64,000 bases of DNA, from NCBI GenBank assembly GCA_039698055.1, contig JBDKTL010000010.1:1-64000 (forward strand), written 5' to 3'. The stretch comes from Methanoregula sp. (GTDB lineage Archaea > Halobacteriota > Methanomicrobia > Methanomicrobiales > Methanospirillaceae). Position 1 is the first letter of the stretch; the number at the start of each line of letters is the position of its first letter. The notes below the pieces were generated by a model. The model searched no databases. It saw only the letters and a list, made by a program, of their open reading frames with translations, and was not told the origin of the DNA. The position numbers and the translations under genes are program-made. Below are positions 1 to 10,318 of this stretch, in pieces.

Positions 1-135
1 CAGAAACCGGTTGATCTTGTCATGCGCTACCACTATCCCGTTCGCGGAATAGCATTCTGCGGCTTTGACGCACGACACATCGCATTGCGCAACTACAAGG
101 AAATTGATGTAATCCAAGTCGGTTATCTTCCGTGA
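1..135 (+). CDS. Possible 3' end of a gene entering the window (QKPVDLVMRYHYPVRGIAFCGFDARHIALRNYKEIDVIQVGYLP*)
   Basis: Frame 1 is open from base 1 to TGA at 133-135; product not recognised. Confidence 0.35.
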   Translation, partial: QKPVDLVMRYHYPVRGIAFCGFDARHIALRNYKEIDVIQVGYLP

Positions 136-352
136 CTTGTCCACGGTCTTTTCTTCTGTCGTTAAATTATTTTGATCTGCCGGTTTGATCCCGCTTTTGC
201 GTAAGTCCTAACCCAGATTTTTATCAGGCCGTTCACATGCCATTAAGGCATGGTGAAAACGAGTGCCCCTGCCAAACCAGAATTATTGTACAGAATCTGC
301 CTTTGACCCGCCGGGAAGAAAAAACCCATAAATCCGCAAATATAAAAAAAGA

Positions 353-859
353 TTAGTCGGTTTTGTAGGTATCAGAAAACAGGATCTTTTTGATTTCTTT
401 TTTTGGGGCAATGGAAATATCCGCAGGCAAGCCGGCAGGAACAAGCGATACGAGAGTATATTTTTCCGGCACATGGAGGAGTTTTCGTACATCCTCTGCA
501 TAGTCCTTCTTATCACCAGCAACCCAGCAGGAGCCCACCCCATGTGCATGAAGCCCGAGGATCAGGTTCTCTGTGGCCGCACAGCAATCCTCAAGATAGT
601 ATTTCGCCGTCCGCTCACCGAAGATTGCAAAACACACATTCGCATCTGCAATAAATTGTGCATGATCGGTCATTCCGGCAATTTTTAGCATCAGCGTTTT
701 ATCCCGAATTGTACCAATCAGCCATGGCTGGAGGTTCATTGCGGTTGGTGCATGTACGGCGCATTCGATGGCCTCGTGTATTGCCGCATCGTCAACCGGT
801 AAAGGTTTGAACTTCCGGATACTATGGCGTCCTTTAATGACGGCTGTTATAACATTCAT
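353..859 (-). CDS. Nitroreductase family protein
   Basis: RHSIRKF FMN-binding motif, APTAMNLQPW, GVGSCWV. Confidence 0.9.
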   Translation of the reverse strand: MNVITAVIKGRHSIRKFKPLPVDDAAIHEAIECAVHAPTAMNLQPWLIGTIRDKTLMLKIAGMTDHAQFIADANVCFAIFGERTAKYYLEDCCAATENLILGLHAHGVGSCWVAGDKKDYAEDVRKLLHVPEKYTLVSLVPAGLPADISIAPKKEIKKILFSDTYKTD

Positions 860-922
860 GCACCGGATATAGAAAACCGCTTGATAAATAAGTTATGGCT
901 TAATAAAAATGGGATCGCCGGA

Positions 923-1918
923 TTATAATCGCTTTCTTACAAGCACCACAGCACCGATGGAAAGCGAGATAATGGCGGCGAGGCTGCCAAATCCCGGGGT
1001 TTTTGTTGGAGTTGTCGCTGATGATTCAACTACGGTTGTTCCCGATGGAATGGGAGAAGTGGTGATCTCACTTGTTTTTGGGATCTGTGTTTGCGTCGGT
1101 GTTGGTGTCGATACAGCTGTTTTAGTCGTAGTGACCAGCGTTATGGATGTCGTCGGGACACTTACGCTGATCAGGGGATTCTGTTCCTGGTTGCGCATGC
1201 TTGTTTGCGTGCTGATGGTCTTTCCGGTTACCGGATAATTATCCTTCATCCGGTTCGCATTGCATTCTGCCCAAATCGTATAGGTTCCAGCAGAGTAGGC
1301 ACTATTTCCGGTATCCCATATCGGCCCGGTGTTCTGGGGACTTGTCGAAACCGGATAGGGATCAATAAGAGTGGCAAACCCACCATTTACAAGGGTGGAG
1401 TACACACCACCGTCGGGGGATTGCACTTTTATTGTGATCGGGACCGATGACGCACCAGCCCGCCGGGCGATTGCGTTCAGATTTGTCTCAATCCGGAATC
1501 CAACGGTGTCCCCGCGGTACACCCATTTGTTCTGGGTCACATCCACGCCGACAGTAGTATCTTCGACCCTGAGATCAAGATACGGGTCTGCAACAGTAAA
1601 CGCGGGCGTCTTTGCAGGAAGGATATACCATGCACCGATAGAGGGACCAAACTGGGAAGGAGAAACCGAGAACTGCCCTGCATTAGACATCACATAGGTA
1701 TCATCAGGAGAGGTCGTGGCGATTGCAGCCCCGGATGCCCACCATCCAATGGTCGTACCACTTGGAATAAATCCGCTGACATCCAAACCATCCTCTCCCA
1801 GAAAAACTGTGTCGCCCTGTGAGATTGTGGTAATGCCCGCGGTAACCGGAAGCACGGATAAAAAAAATACTGCCAGAAGGATCAGGCTCATTTTAGTCGT
1901 TTCACCCAATATAATCAT
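923..1918 (-). CDS. Cell-surface protein, DUF3821-like, with PGF-CTERM sorting signal
   Basis: Signal peptide, 'QGDTVFLGEDGLDVS' start, Thr-rich linker, C-terminal TPGF + TM helix + RKRL. Confidence 0.85.
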   Translation of the reverse strand: MIILGETTKMSLILLAVFFLSVLPVTAGITTISQGDTVFLGEDGLDVSGFIPSGTTIGWWASGAAIATTSPDDTYVMSNAGQFSVSPSQFGPSIGAWYILPAKTPAFTVADPYLDLRVEDTTVGVDVTQNKWVYRGDTVGFRIETNLNAIARRAGASSVPITIKVQSPDGGVYSTLVNGGFATLIDPYPVSTSPQNTGPIWDTGNSAYSAGTYTIWAECNANRMKDNYPVTGKTISTQTSMRNQEQNPLISVSVPTTSITLVTTTKTAVSTPTPTQTQIPKTSEITTSPIPSGTTVVESSATTPTKTPGFGSLAAIISLSIGAVVLVRKRL

Positions 1919-2045
1919 CTTTTCTGCGTAAGTTGTATAAAAACTGAAGGCTTGGTGATATAAATTGCAATGATTTTTTTCCGAATCAGCGCGAATTTAG
2001 CTATTAAATGTTACTTTACGAGGAAATATGAAGTCATATCAATAA

Positions 2046-2117
2046 CGGGGGACGTGTCGGGGGACCCCGGTCCCTTCGTGGAATACTACCCGATCCGCTC
2101 CCCCTGTGCCAGGAGGA
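2046..2117. repeat. GC-rich intergenic hairpin pair (REP-like)
   Basis: gggac-cccg-gtccc stem and imperfect ccgctccccct...aggaggagtgg stem in AT-rich intergenic DNA. Confidence 0.35.
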
Positions 2118-2212
2118 GTGGTCACATCCAAAAGAAATGATTGACTCTGACCTCTCCAGATCCTCACTGTTTCTCTGATTTGTGGGTATTGGCCAATGAA
2201 AACAATCTGCTT

Positions 2213-2773
2213 TTAATCCGAGTCCAGTGTAATAGCATTAAAATTTTCAAAGACACGTTTACCCTCAAACGTATGACTTACTTCCGGGTGCCACTGAAGC
2301 CCATAGATGTGCTTTTGCTCATGCGCAATTGCTTCATGGTTACAGATGGAGGAATGAGCAAGGACACGAAACCGTGCCGGCATGACAGATACTTCATCTG
2401 CATGCGATGCCCAGACAGGAATGGTATGCGGATATCCTTTCAGGATCTCGTCATGATCGGATATTTCCACTTCAACAAACCCATACCCCCCGCTTTTCCC
2501 CGGGCAAACTTCGCCGCCGAATTTCTGTGCGATGATATGGAGCCCCAGGCAGATGCCAAGCACCGGCAGACCAAGATCCAGGTAGTCAGCCGCATTTCCT
2601 GCCCGCTCGATTGTTGGTCCACCCCCGAGAATAATACCGCGGCATCCTTCTAAAACCTGTTCCGGTGAAGTGGTGTTTGGGATCATCGCAACATCGATAT
2701 CCAGATCCCGCAATGCCCGGTGGATGAGATGATTGAACTGCCCAAAATTATTGACCACGTAGATAGGAAGCAT
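2213..2773 (-). CDS. guaAA: GMP synthase subunit A (glutamine amidotransferase)
   Basis: NFGQFNHLI, PVLGICLGLH, SHADEV, LQWHPEV catalytic motifs. Confidence 0.93.
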   Translation of the reverse strand: MLPIYVVNNFGQFNHLIHRALRDLDIDVAMIPNTTSPEQVLEGCRGIILGGGPTIERAGNAADYLDLGLPVLGICLGLHIIAQKFGGEVCPGKSGGYGFVEVEISDHDEILKGYPHTIPVWASHADEVSVMPARFRVLAHSSICNHEAIAHEQKHIYGLQWHPEVSHTFEGKRVFENFNAITLDSD

Positions 2774-2809
2774 TATTCTCAGGTTTGTATCTGATGACTA
2801 TAAGGCTGA

Positions 2810-3820
2810 TCAACTATACTGGTTCACCGTTTCAAGAATTTTTCCCCGTATCTTATCGGGACTATGTCCCATCAGGTAGGCAAGGAACATCGAACCGCCG
2901 GCACCCATTCCTTCCTTGACTTCCCCGATACAGTACCGTGCAAGACCTGCATGCCCGAGATCACCGAATGCCGGATCAACATAATATACGGTCACCCCGA
3001 CCTGATGGACAATTTCCTGAACATTTGCCGTCGGATCGTCCCGGACATACGCGGTAGTCGCAATTATCGGCATACGTGCCTTCATCGCTTTAATCACTCC
3101 GCAGACGGCAAGCATCTGGGTTCCCCCGGCAAGCACGAGTGTGCCGGCATAGGAATCTGCAATACCCACCGCAACCGGCATCATGGGATCGCCAGTCACC
3201 CTTAAAATATCGAGAGGTTTGGTTACGTGTTCATTTTTAATCCGTGAAAGTACCTGGTCACAAATTTCTTCTTTCAGATTTACCGGATTATTCGCAAAAC
3301 TGCTGCTGACCGCCGCATGACATCCTAGAGCACGAAGAACACAGAGCGCAGTTGTCGTACCCCCGGGAACGCATTCACCAAGGACAAGCAGATCACTCAC
3401 AGATGACAGAAATTTCCCCACAATCCTGCCGCGCATATACAGGCCATCGACTGCCGGTACCGCATCGCCATATCGCGGATCGCCCCCGACCTGCCCAAGA
3501 ACGTCGAGGCAGGGAACTGTCGGTGGATGCCTGAGCCCGGCATTAATGAACAATGGTGTAATGCCCGTGAGTTCCATCATCGAACGGGTGATTGTTGCCG
3601 GAGTCGGGCAGCCAGTTGGCGTGTTGGGTTTAAAGGGCAGGCTGGTGATCTCACCGCAGGTAATAAATTCTGCATCAAGTATTGGCGTAAGGAGAGTTTT
3701 TTCCGGGGTCGGCCCCGCACCGGAGATTCCCGGAACGGTGGATATCAGGGTATTACCCAGTATGCCACAAAAAAGCGGTTTTGTAAAATGAATGGCGGGG
3801 GGTTCGGATATAAATGCCAT
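2810..3820 (-). CDS. cobT: Archaeal nicotinate-mononucleotide:base phosphoribosyltransferase (CobT-like)
   Basis: PGISGAG, PTPATIT, GECVPGGTTTA, LAGGTQM, VKEGMGAGG motifs; divergent from cobZ-cobS. Confidence 0.88.
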   Translation of the reverse strand: MAFISEPPAIHFTKPLFCGILGNTLISTVPGISGAGPTPEKTLLTPILDAEFITCGEITSLPFKPNTPTGCPTPATITRSMMELTGITPLFINAGLRHPPTVPCLDVLGQVGGDPRYGDAVPAVDGLYMRGRIVGKFLSSVSDLLVLGECVPGGTTTALCVLRALGCHAAVSSSFANNPVNLKEEICDQVLSRIKNEHVTKPLDILRVTGDPMMPVAVGIADSYAGTLVLAGGTQMLAVCGVIKAMKARMPIIATTAYVRDDPTANVQEIVHQVGVTVYYVDPAFGDLGHAGLARYCIGEVKEGMGAGGSMFLAYLMGHSPDKIRGKILETVNQYS

Positions 3821-3921
3821 AATCAATCCTGTAATGTTAGTCTCTTATCATTGTCGTTTGAACATATCGGTGCTTTACTTCACAACGAACTAATAGAGGA
3901 ATAACCACAATACATTTTCAG

Positions 3922-4356
3922 ATGTTTGAAATTGAAACCCGGCTCGAGGAGCATGGAATTACCATCGATGCCATTGTGGATGCTGCAATGGGTCTTTATG
4001 TGTCCCATGGCATGCCAGAAGCCCAGGCAGCCCTTGAAATAAAAAATAAGATCCGTAAATACCTCACGGATCCCAATGTATCGTCCCTGCTTCTTGGGGC
4101 AATCCTTCTTGAAGATGAACTCTATGTCAGACGAAAAAATTCCGAGATTGCTGATGATCCGGTCTTTTTGCTGAGCGATGAGATCATCGGTATGGCGATT
4201 GCGGAATGTATTGGCGGGACCTATGCCCGGTTTGAATTTACGAGATATGACCAGAAGAAGCCCGGGATCCTCTCAACGCTCGGCCCGTTCCTCGACGATG
4301 CGGTGGCCGGACTCATCGCCGGGTGCACGTCCCGGTTGTATAGCGAATGCATATGA
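3922..4356 (+). CDS. cobZ: Alpha-ribazole phosphatase CobZ (PgpA-like)
   Basis: DPNV, DDPVFLLSDEIIG, YDQKKPGIL, GPFLDD; coupled to cobS. Confidence 0.85.
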   Translation: MFEIETRLEEHGITIDAIVDAAMGLYVSHGMPEAQAALEIKNKIRKYLTDPNVSSLLLGAILLEDELYVRRKNSEIADDPVFLLSDEIIGMAIAECIGGTYARFEFTRYDQKKPGILSTLGPFLDDAVAGLIAGCTSRLYSECI

Positions 4357-5063
4357 AACCAATCCTGTCGCTCCTGCAGTTTACAACGATATTGCCGCTG
4401 GGAAAACTGCAGGATTTTGAAACGTTCGCGCGCCATTCATACATTTATCCCCTTGCAGGATACGTGATTGGTCTCATTGTAGCCATACCGGTTTTTTTTA
4501 TCGCCGACCGTACTATCGCCGCCGCAGTTGCCATCGCAGGAGTGATCCTGGTCTCCGGCGCGCATCATTTTGACGGGCTACTTGATTTCGGCGACGGATT
4601 GATGGCCCACGGCAGTCGTGAAAAACGGATCAATGCACTCACAGATCGACAAATTGGCGCGGGGGGAGTTGCTACCGGACTCGTGGTCACGCTACTTCTC
4701 TTTGCCGGACTCCATGGATCTCCATCCATCGTGGCTGCGATTATCATCGGAGAAGTCTGTGCGAAATTTTCCATGGTTTTTTTAACCGCGTACGGAACAC
4801 CATTCAGGGATGGGATCCACAGTTATCTCTACGGGTTTTCCCGCCCTATATTCCCCTTCTATGCCTTGATCCCGTGCATCCCCCTCATATTCCTGCCCGT
4901 TAAACCATTCGCGCTGGCAACTGCAGGGATTGTCATGATCGTCTGCCCGTTGATCCTGCTGAAGATTTCACAAAAATTGTTTGGCGGCGTCAATGGAGAT
5001 GTCGCAGGGGCAGCAAACGAGATTACCCGTGCGTGTGTCATTATTGCGATGGCGCTTGTGTAA
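4353..5063 (+). CDS. cobS: Adenosylcobinamide-GDP ribazoletransferase
   Basis: HFDGLLDFGDG and FGGVNGDVAGAANE motifs, multi-TM; ATGA overlap with cobZ. Confidence 0.92.
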   Translation: MKPILSLLQFTTILPLGKLQDFETFARHSYIYPLAGYVIGLIVAIPVFFIADRTIAAAVAIAGVILVSGAHHFDGLLDFGDGLMAHGSREKRINALTDRQIGAGGVATGLVVTLLLFAGLHGSPSIVAAIIIGEVCAKFSMVFLTAYGTPFRDGIHSYLYGFSRPIFPFYALIPCIPLIFLPVKPFALATAGIVMIVCPLILLKISQKLFGGVNGDVAGAANEITRACVIIAMALV

Positions 5064-5194
5064 TACAAAAAAATCCGCAAGGGGCATTTCCTTTTGCCGC
5101 GTGTGAGAAAACTCCGTCACCGGCATCGGTTCATTTTCGCTTTTTTAGTACCATATACCATATTTTATAATCGGTCTCCTCGCACTACTATTCG

Positions 5195-6061
5195 ATGAAG
5201 ATTGATTTTGGCGTACACATGAGAGGTGGCGTCATCACAGAGAGGGATGCGAATTTCTGTACTGTCCGCATACGCCTTCCCGCGGGCATTGCCACCGTGG
5301 AACAGATGCGGGGAATCAGCCGGATCGCAAAAAAATACGGAAAGGGATTTGTTCACTGCACCTCCCGCCAGACAATAGAAATTCCCCACGTGAATCCTGC
5401 CAAGCTCAAGATACTGGACAAAGCGCTTGCAAAAAACGGGACACCCATTGGATCTGAACGCGATGAAATTGTCAATGTGATCGCATGCCCGGGCATTGAA
5501 CGGTGCAAATTTGCCAATATCAATACTGCAAGTCTCGCGCAAAAAATCGATCAGAAACTCTTTGGCAAGGAAATGCCGGTGAAGGTCCGTATTGCGGTAT
5601 CCGGTTGCCCGAATGCCTGTACCAGCCCTATGCTCAACGAGATCGGTATCATCGGAAGGATACGCCCACTCCGGATTACCGGTCAGTGCACGGGATGCGG
5701 GACCTGCGTCAAATACTGTAAAGAAAATGCTATCATCATCCGGAACGGGATCTCCGAGCTGAATGAAGATACCTGTGTCCAGTGCGGCGTGTGCGTTCAA
5801 TCATGCCCATTCGATTTGCTCAAAGCTGAACACCTCCATTACCAGATCCTCGTAGGAGGCCGGCGCGGGCGACATCCGCACATCGCGCGGGAACTTGTCA
5901 CCATTGATGATGAAGATACGGTCGTTTTTGTTGTAGAAAAGATCGTGAACTGGGTATACCGGCGCGCATGGAGCGGCAGGATGTTGTCCGAACAGATGGA
6001 TGACCTGAAATTTGAAACGTTCCGGGACGAAATTAAACAGCAGATTGCAGCAAAAAAGTAA
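5195..6061 (+). CDS. Nitrite/sulfite reductase-like (Dsr-like) protein with ferredoxin domain
   Basis: RIRLPAG, TSRQTIEI, ACPGIERC (Cx5C), SGCPNAC (Cx3C), two CxxCxxCxxxC motifs. Confidence 0.85.
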   Translation: MKIDFGVHMRGGVITERDANFCTVRIRLPAGIATVEQMRGISRIAKKYGKGFVHCTSRQTIEIPHVNPAKLKILDKALAKNGTPIGSERDEIVNVIACPGIERCKFANINTASLAQKIDQKLFGKEMPVKVRIAVSGCPNACTSPMLNEIGIIGRIRPLRITGQCTGCGTCVKYCKENAIIIRNGISELNEDTCVQCGVCVQSCPFDLLKAEHLHYQILVGGRRGRHPHIARELVTIDDEDTVVFVVEKIVNWVYRRAWSGRMLSEQMDDLKFETFRDEIKQQIAAKK

Positions 6062-6065
6062 AGAA

Positions 6066-6374
6066 TCAAATATATTTTAAAAAAAGTTTCCGGTACCCTT
6101 CGTTTGCATCGTCATCGCATTCAACCGCGCTGCCATCCCTTACAAGGGAATTAAACATCATTGCAGCGTTCATCAGCACATCATCCCCTGCGCTGCCCCG
6201 CCTTACATCAGCAAGTGCCTGGACCTGTGGTGCAGGAGCCAGCCGTTTCCCGACACGGATTCCAATACAATGTTTGCAATAGGCGCATTGGCTGTATACC
6301 GAAACACTCCCATCTGCACAATCCACCATGACCCGGTTTTTCTTTTCATCCCGCTGAAACTGCAGTGTCTTCAT
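6066..6374 (-). CDS. Small Cys-containing hypothetical protein
   Basis: ORF from MKTLQF with CAYCKHC motif; fills the gap between the Dsr-like gene and tuf. Confidence 0.65.
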   Translation of the reverse strand: MKTLQFQRDEKKNRVMVDCADGSVSVYSQCAYCKHCIGIRVGKRLAPAPQVQALADVRRGSAGDDVLMNAAMMFNSLVRDGSAVECDDDANEGYRKLFLKYI

Positions 6375-6450
6375 GATGAGAAGATATTCAAACATCAGAT
6401 AAGAGAATATCGATGCGTTTTTTTCACCTGTAAAAACGGTCCTGCCAATC

Positions 6451-6465
6451 AAAATAATTTATATA
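6451..6465 (+). promoter_or_regulatory. BRE/TATA box upstream of EF-1alpha
   Basis: aaaataa-tttatata about 75 bp upstream of the ATG at 6539; GGAGG RBS present. Confidence 0.55.
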
Positions 6466-6538
6466 GATGGCTCTCATATATGGTATACTCGCATACACTG
6501 ACTGTAAGCGGACAGTCCCCATATTTGGAGGAACTTTA

Positions 6539-7819
6539 ATGGCATCTGACAAGCCCCATATGAATCTGGCTGTTATTGGACACATCGACCACGGAAAGTC
6601 AACTACCGTTGGTAGAATGATGTTCGAAACAGGTGCAGTACCTGCACACATTATCGAAGGCTACCGCAAGGAGGCTGAATCCAAGGGTAAGGCAACCTTT
6701 GAATTTGCATGGGTTATGGACAACTTAAAGGAAGAGCGTGAAAGAGGTATCACAATCGATATCGCTCACAAGCGGTTCGACACGGCGAAATTCTACTTCA
6801 CGGTCGTAGATTGTCCAGGACACAGAGACTTCGTCAAGAACATGATCACCGGTGCATCCCAGGCCGACGCTGCAATCCTCGTTGTTGCAGCACCCGATGG
6901 TGTCATGGAGCAGACAAAGGAACATGTTTTCCTTGCAAGAACTCTCGGGATTACCCAGATCATCATCGCCATCAACAAGATGGACGCAGTAAAATATGAT
7001 GAGAAACGTTTCAACGAAGTCAAGAAAGACATGTCGGATCTCATTAAAATGGTCGGATACAAACCAGAAGAGACTCTTTTTATCCCGATCAGCTCACTCC
7101 AGGGAGTTAACATCAAGGTAAACAGCCCCGAGACCCCATGGTACAAAGGACTTCCCCTTATTGCAGCACTCGACACATTTAAGGAACCGGCAAAACCGAC
7201 GGACAAGCCCCTTCGTCTCCCGATTCAGGACGTATACAGCATTAGCGGTATCGGAACCGTACCCGTTGGACGTGTTGAAACCGGTGTCATGAAGAAGGGA
7301 ATGAAAGTATCGTTCATGCCCGCAAACAAGGATGGAGAAATCAAATCCATTGAGATGCATCATGAAGAAATCCCCCAGGCAGTCCCCGGGGACAACGTAG
7401 GCTTTAACGTGCGTGGTATCGGCAAAGGCGATATCCGCCGTGGCGACGTTATGGGACCTGCAGAAGCACCGCCAACCGTTGCAGATGAATTCACTGCACA
7501 GATCGTCGTTCTCCAGCACCCAAGTGCAATCACTGTTGGATATACACCGGTCTTCCACTGCCACACCACCCAGACTGCCTGCACATTCGTCGAGCTCAAA
7601 AAGAAACTCGACCCGCGCTCAGGCCAGACCAAAGAGGAGAACCCGACATTCTTAAAGACCGGCGATGCAGCAATTGTGGTCGTCAAACCCACAAAGCCGA
7701 TGGTTATCGAGAATGTCAAGGAGCTCCCGCAGCTTGGCAGGTTTGCAGTCCGTGATATGGGCCAGACAATTGCCGCCGGTATGTGTATCGCTATTCAAGC
7801 AAAACAGATGATAAAATAA
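6539..7819 (+). CDS. tuf: Translation elongation factor EF-1alpha
   Basis: [18 protein letters not shown] GTPase motifs; RBS-supported start at 6539. Confidence 0.98.
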   Translation: MASDKPHMNLAVIGHIDHGKSTTVGRMMFETGAVPAHIIEGYRKEAESKGKATFEFAWVMDNLKEERERGITIDIAHKRFDTAKFYFTVVDCPGHRDFVKNMITGASQADAAILVVAAPDGVMEQTKEHVFLARTLGITQIIIAINKMDAVKYDEKRFNEVKKDMSDLIKMVGYKPEETLFIPISSLQGVNIKVNSPETPWYKGLPLIAALDTFKEPAKPTDKPLRLPIQDVYSISGIGTVPVGRVETGVMKKGMKVSFMPANKDGEIKSIEMHHEEIPQAVPGDNVGFNVRGIGKGDIRRGDVMGPAEAPPTVADEFTAQIVVLQHPSAITVGYTPVFHCHTTQTACTFVELKKKLDPRSGQTKEENPTFLKTGDAAIVVVKPTKPMVIENVKELPQLGRFAVRDMGQTIAAGMCIAIQAKQMIK

Positions 7820-7838
7820 TTTTTTTTGGGTGACAAAC

Positions 7839-8147
7839 ATGCAAAAAGCCAGAATTCGCCTGTCCGGAACCGACTTTGATAAGGTTGAGATGGTCTGTGA
7901 CAGAATTAAAGAGATTGCTGAGCGCACAGGAGTGAATCTGGCTGGTCCGATACCGCTCCCGACAAAGAGGCTTGTTGTGCCGATTCGCAAGAGCCCTGAT
8001 GGGGAGGGAACTGCAACATGGGATCGCTGGCAGATGCGTATCCACAAACGGCTCATCGATATTGACGCAGACGAACGTGCACTGCGCCAGTTGATGCGTA
8101 TTCAGGTGCCAAAAGATATCGGCATTGAAATTGTATTAGAGAGTTGA
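7839..8147 (+). CDS. rps10: 30S ribosomal protein S10
   Basis: MQKARIRL...GPIPLPTK...RKSPDGEG...RIHKRLIDI. Confidence 0.97.
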   Translation: MQKARIRLSGTDFDKVEMVCDRIKEIAERTGVNLAGPIPLPTKRLVVPIRKSPDGEGTATWDRWQMRIHKRLIDIDADERALRQLMRIQVPKDIGIEIVLES

Positions 8148-8156
8148 AGGTGCGGC

Positions 8157-9788
8157 GTGCAGCAGGCCGCAGGCTTAATGGGGAAAGCCAAACAATTTTT
8201 TTCTTTTGAACGAGTTTTTCTATTAATTCTTGCCATAGCATGTATTGTACGGTTCTGGCAGTTGGATCTAAAGCTGCTTCATCACGATGAAGCGATCCAT
8301 TCATGGTTTTCCTTTGATCTCCTGACAAAAGGGACATGGATGTACGATCCAAGTTATCACGGACCGTTTTTGTATTATGTCACTGCTGGCATGTTCTCAA
8401 TCTTTGGAGCATCGGATCTGGTTGCGCGATTACTGCCGGCATTGTTCGGCCTGCTCCTGATACCCCTGGTCTATTGCATCTACCGGCTTGGCTACATCAA
8501 CAAGATACAAACGCTGGTTGCCTCACTGTTTATTGCGATATCACCGGATATGGTGTATTTCTCCCGGTTCCTCCGGCATGATATTTTCATGCTCTTTTTT
8601 ACCCTGCTTCTTCTTGTTGCCGCACTCTATTATCTCGAACGGCAGCAGACACGGTTTGCCATTATTGGTGCAATCGCTATGGCTGGTGCCCTCTGCTGTA
8701 AAGAAGAGATGCCGGTAATTATTCTCATTTTTGCCTCATTTTTGCTGTTTTGCCTCTGGAAAAGAAAACTGGTCCTGCCCCCTCAATGGAAAAAAGATCT
8801 GGTATTGTGCGTACTTATCGTAATCGGGATACTCAGTGTGATGTATTCAGCGTTTGGCATGCATCCCGAAACACTGATAGGTGAAAATTTCCAAATTGCA
8901 ACAACCGGATGGTACCAAGCGGTAAACCATTGGGTTGCAATGCACGAACAGCAGCGGTTGGGCGGCCCATGGTACTTCTATATCCCACTTTACCTTCTCT
9001 ATGAACTGCCGATATTCATCCTTGCCATTGTCGGCACGATCCAGTTCATCCTGAAAGATAACACAATTCTGCTGTTCTTCAAACGGGTAAAAAGCTGGTT
9101 AATAACCCGGCGTTTTGTGCTCTCAACCAGTGACCTTGCTACGGAAAGTCTTCAGCAGTTAAAAACGACAGCCCAAGGGTTATCAAAATCAGATGAGTTT
9201 TTCCGGTTCTGCATTTACTGGATGATCCTGTCCATGGCATTTTACGCTTATGTCGGGGAAAAAGTGCCATGGCTGCTCATCCACCAGCTGCTGCCGATGT
9301 GTTTTGTCGCGGTATACAAGCTGAACTGGCAGAAAATGTTGTTTGCACTCATCGGCTGCGCATTCCTCATTTTCATGACATGGCATGTAGCATTTATTCC
9401 GGCAGATATCAACGAACCAATCATCCAGGTACAGAATTCCGAAGATATGCGGGAAGTGATGCAGCTTATGGATGCATCCGACCGTGTCGTTATTGCTTCA
9501 AATTCTTACTGGCCGCTTCCCTGGTACTACCGGGGCGATCGCTGGAACAAGATTACGTTCTATGGAGAGAAGGAAGACGAGACGACCCTGACAAAAGATC
9601 ACCCGGGTGTTATCATCCTTCACGATGCCGAGAGCTACCCCTCACTGGCCGGGTATGATAAAACGACATATAAGCTGGCTTACTGGTTCTCGTTCTATGA
9701 CAATGAGAACCGGTTGATAGATTATTATATGCACCGGGATGGGAAGATGGGCAGTATCAATATTGATGTCTTTACCCCACACACATAA
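8157..9788 (+). CDS. GT-C/PMT-like membrane protein (TIGR03663 / Agl23-like)
   Basis: LHHDEAIH, YDPSYHGP, SRFLRHD, KEE, EKVPWL, YWPLPWY motifs; many TM helices. Confidence 0.82.
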   Translation: MQQAAGLMGKAKQFFSFERVFLLILAIACIVRFWQLDLKLLHHDEAIHSWFSFDLLTKGTWMYDPSYHGPFLYYVTAGMFSIFGASDLVARLLPALFGLLLIPLVYCIYRLGYINKIQTLVASLFIAISPDMVYFSRFLRHDIFMLFFTLLLLVAALYYLERQQTRFAIIGAIAMAGALCCKEEMPVIILIFASFLLFCLWKRKLVLPPQWKKDLVLCVLIVIGILSVMYSAFGMHPETLIGENFQIATTGWYQAVNHWVAMHEQQRLGGPWYFYIPLYLLYELPIFILAIVGTIQFILKDNTILLFFKRVKSWLITRRFVLSTSDLATESLQQLKTTAQGLSKSDEFFRFCIYWMILSMAFYAYVGEKVPWLLIHQLLPMCFVAVYKLNWQKMLFALIGCAFLIFMTWHVAFIPADINEPIIQVQNSEDMREVMQLMDASDRVVIASNSYWPLPWYYRGDRWNKITFYGEKEDETTLTKDHPGVIILHDAESYPSLAGYDKTTYKLAYWFSFYDNENRLIDYYMHRDGKMGSINIDVFTPHT

Positions 9789-10318
9789 TTCTTTCATCTT
9801 TTTTTAATGTGCTACCTCGTTGATTTTTTTGACAGGGAACGGGTCACATGATCCCAAACACCCTTGCAGACGGTAAAAACATTATGGGGGGTGAATTTTT
9901 TCTGATGCAGTTACGCACTCCGGGTATCGGAAAGTTTTAGGGGCATTTCAGTCTATCTGTTTTGTCTGGAAGGTGCCCGATTTATCCGGGAAAAATGAAA
10001 TGAAATAAGATTGCATTAACGGAATTGCACAGGGCTTGCCTGAAAATTCAGATACCATTGGGTTCATTGAGTCCGCAACCGTGTCCAAAATAATGTTAAC
10101 CTGCACGAATGTTCCTTTTCTTTTCTTTACATATCGCATCACCATGCAGCACACATCCCAAAAAAATTGTATCGACAATCAGGATATGAGACAATACAAC
10201 ATGCGTAAAGAAGCCCGGTCGCGTATGTGTCCAAAGGAAAAACCGGTTGGTAACCAACCTGCAGGTCATATCCAAAAATAAAAAAAAACAAAAATAGGAA
10301 AAAATGTTTTCTTACCGG

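Noticed and set aside
236-252. Palindrome catgcc-attaa-ggcatg (and ggttgg-taa-ccaacc near 10245)
   Set aside because: Single short inverted repeats at gene 3' ends with no second copy; no function assignable.
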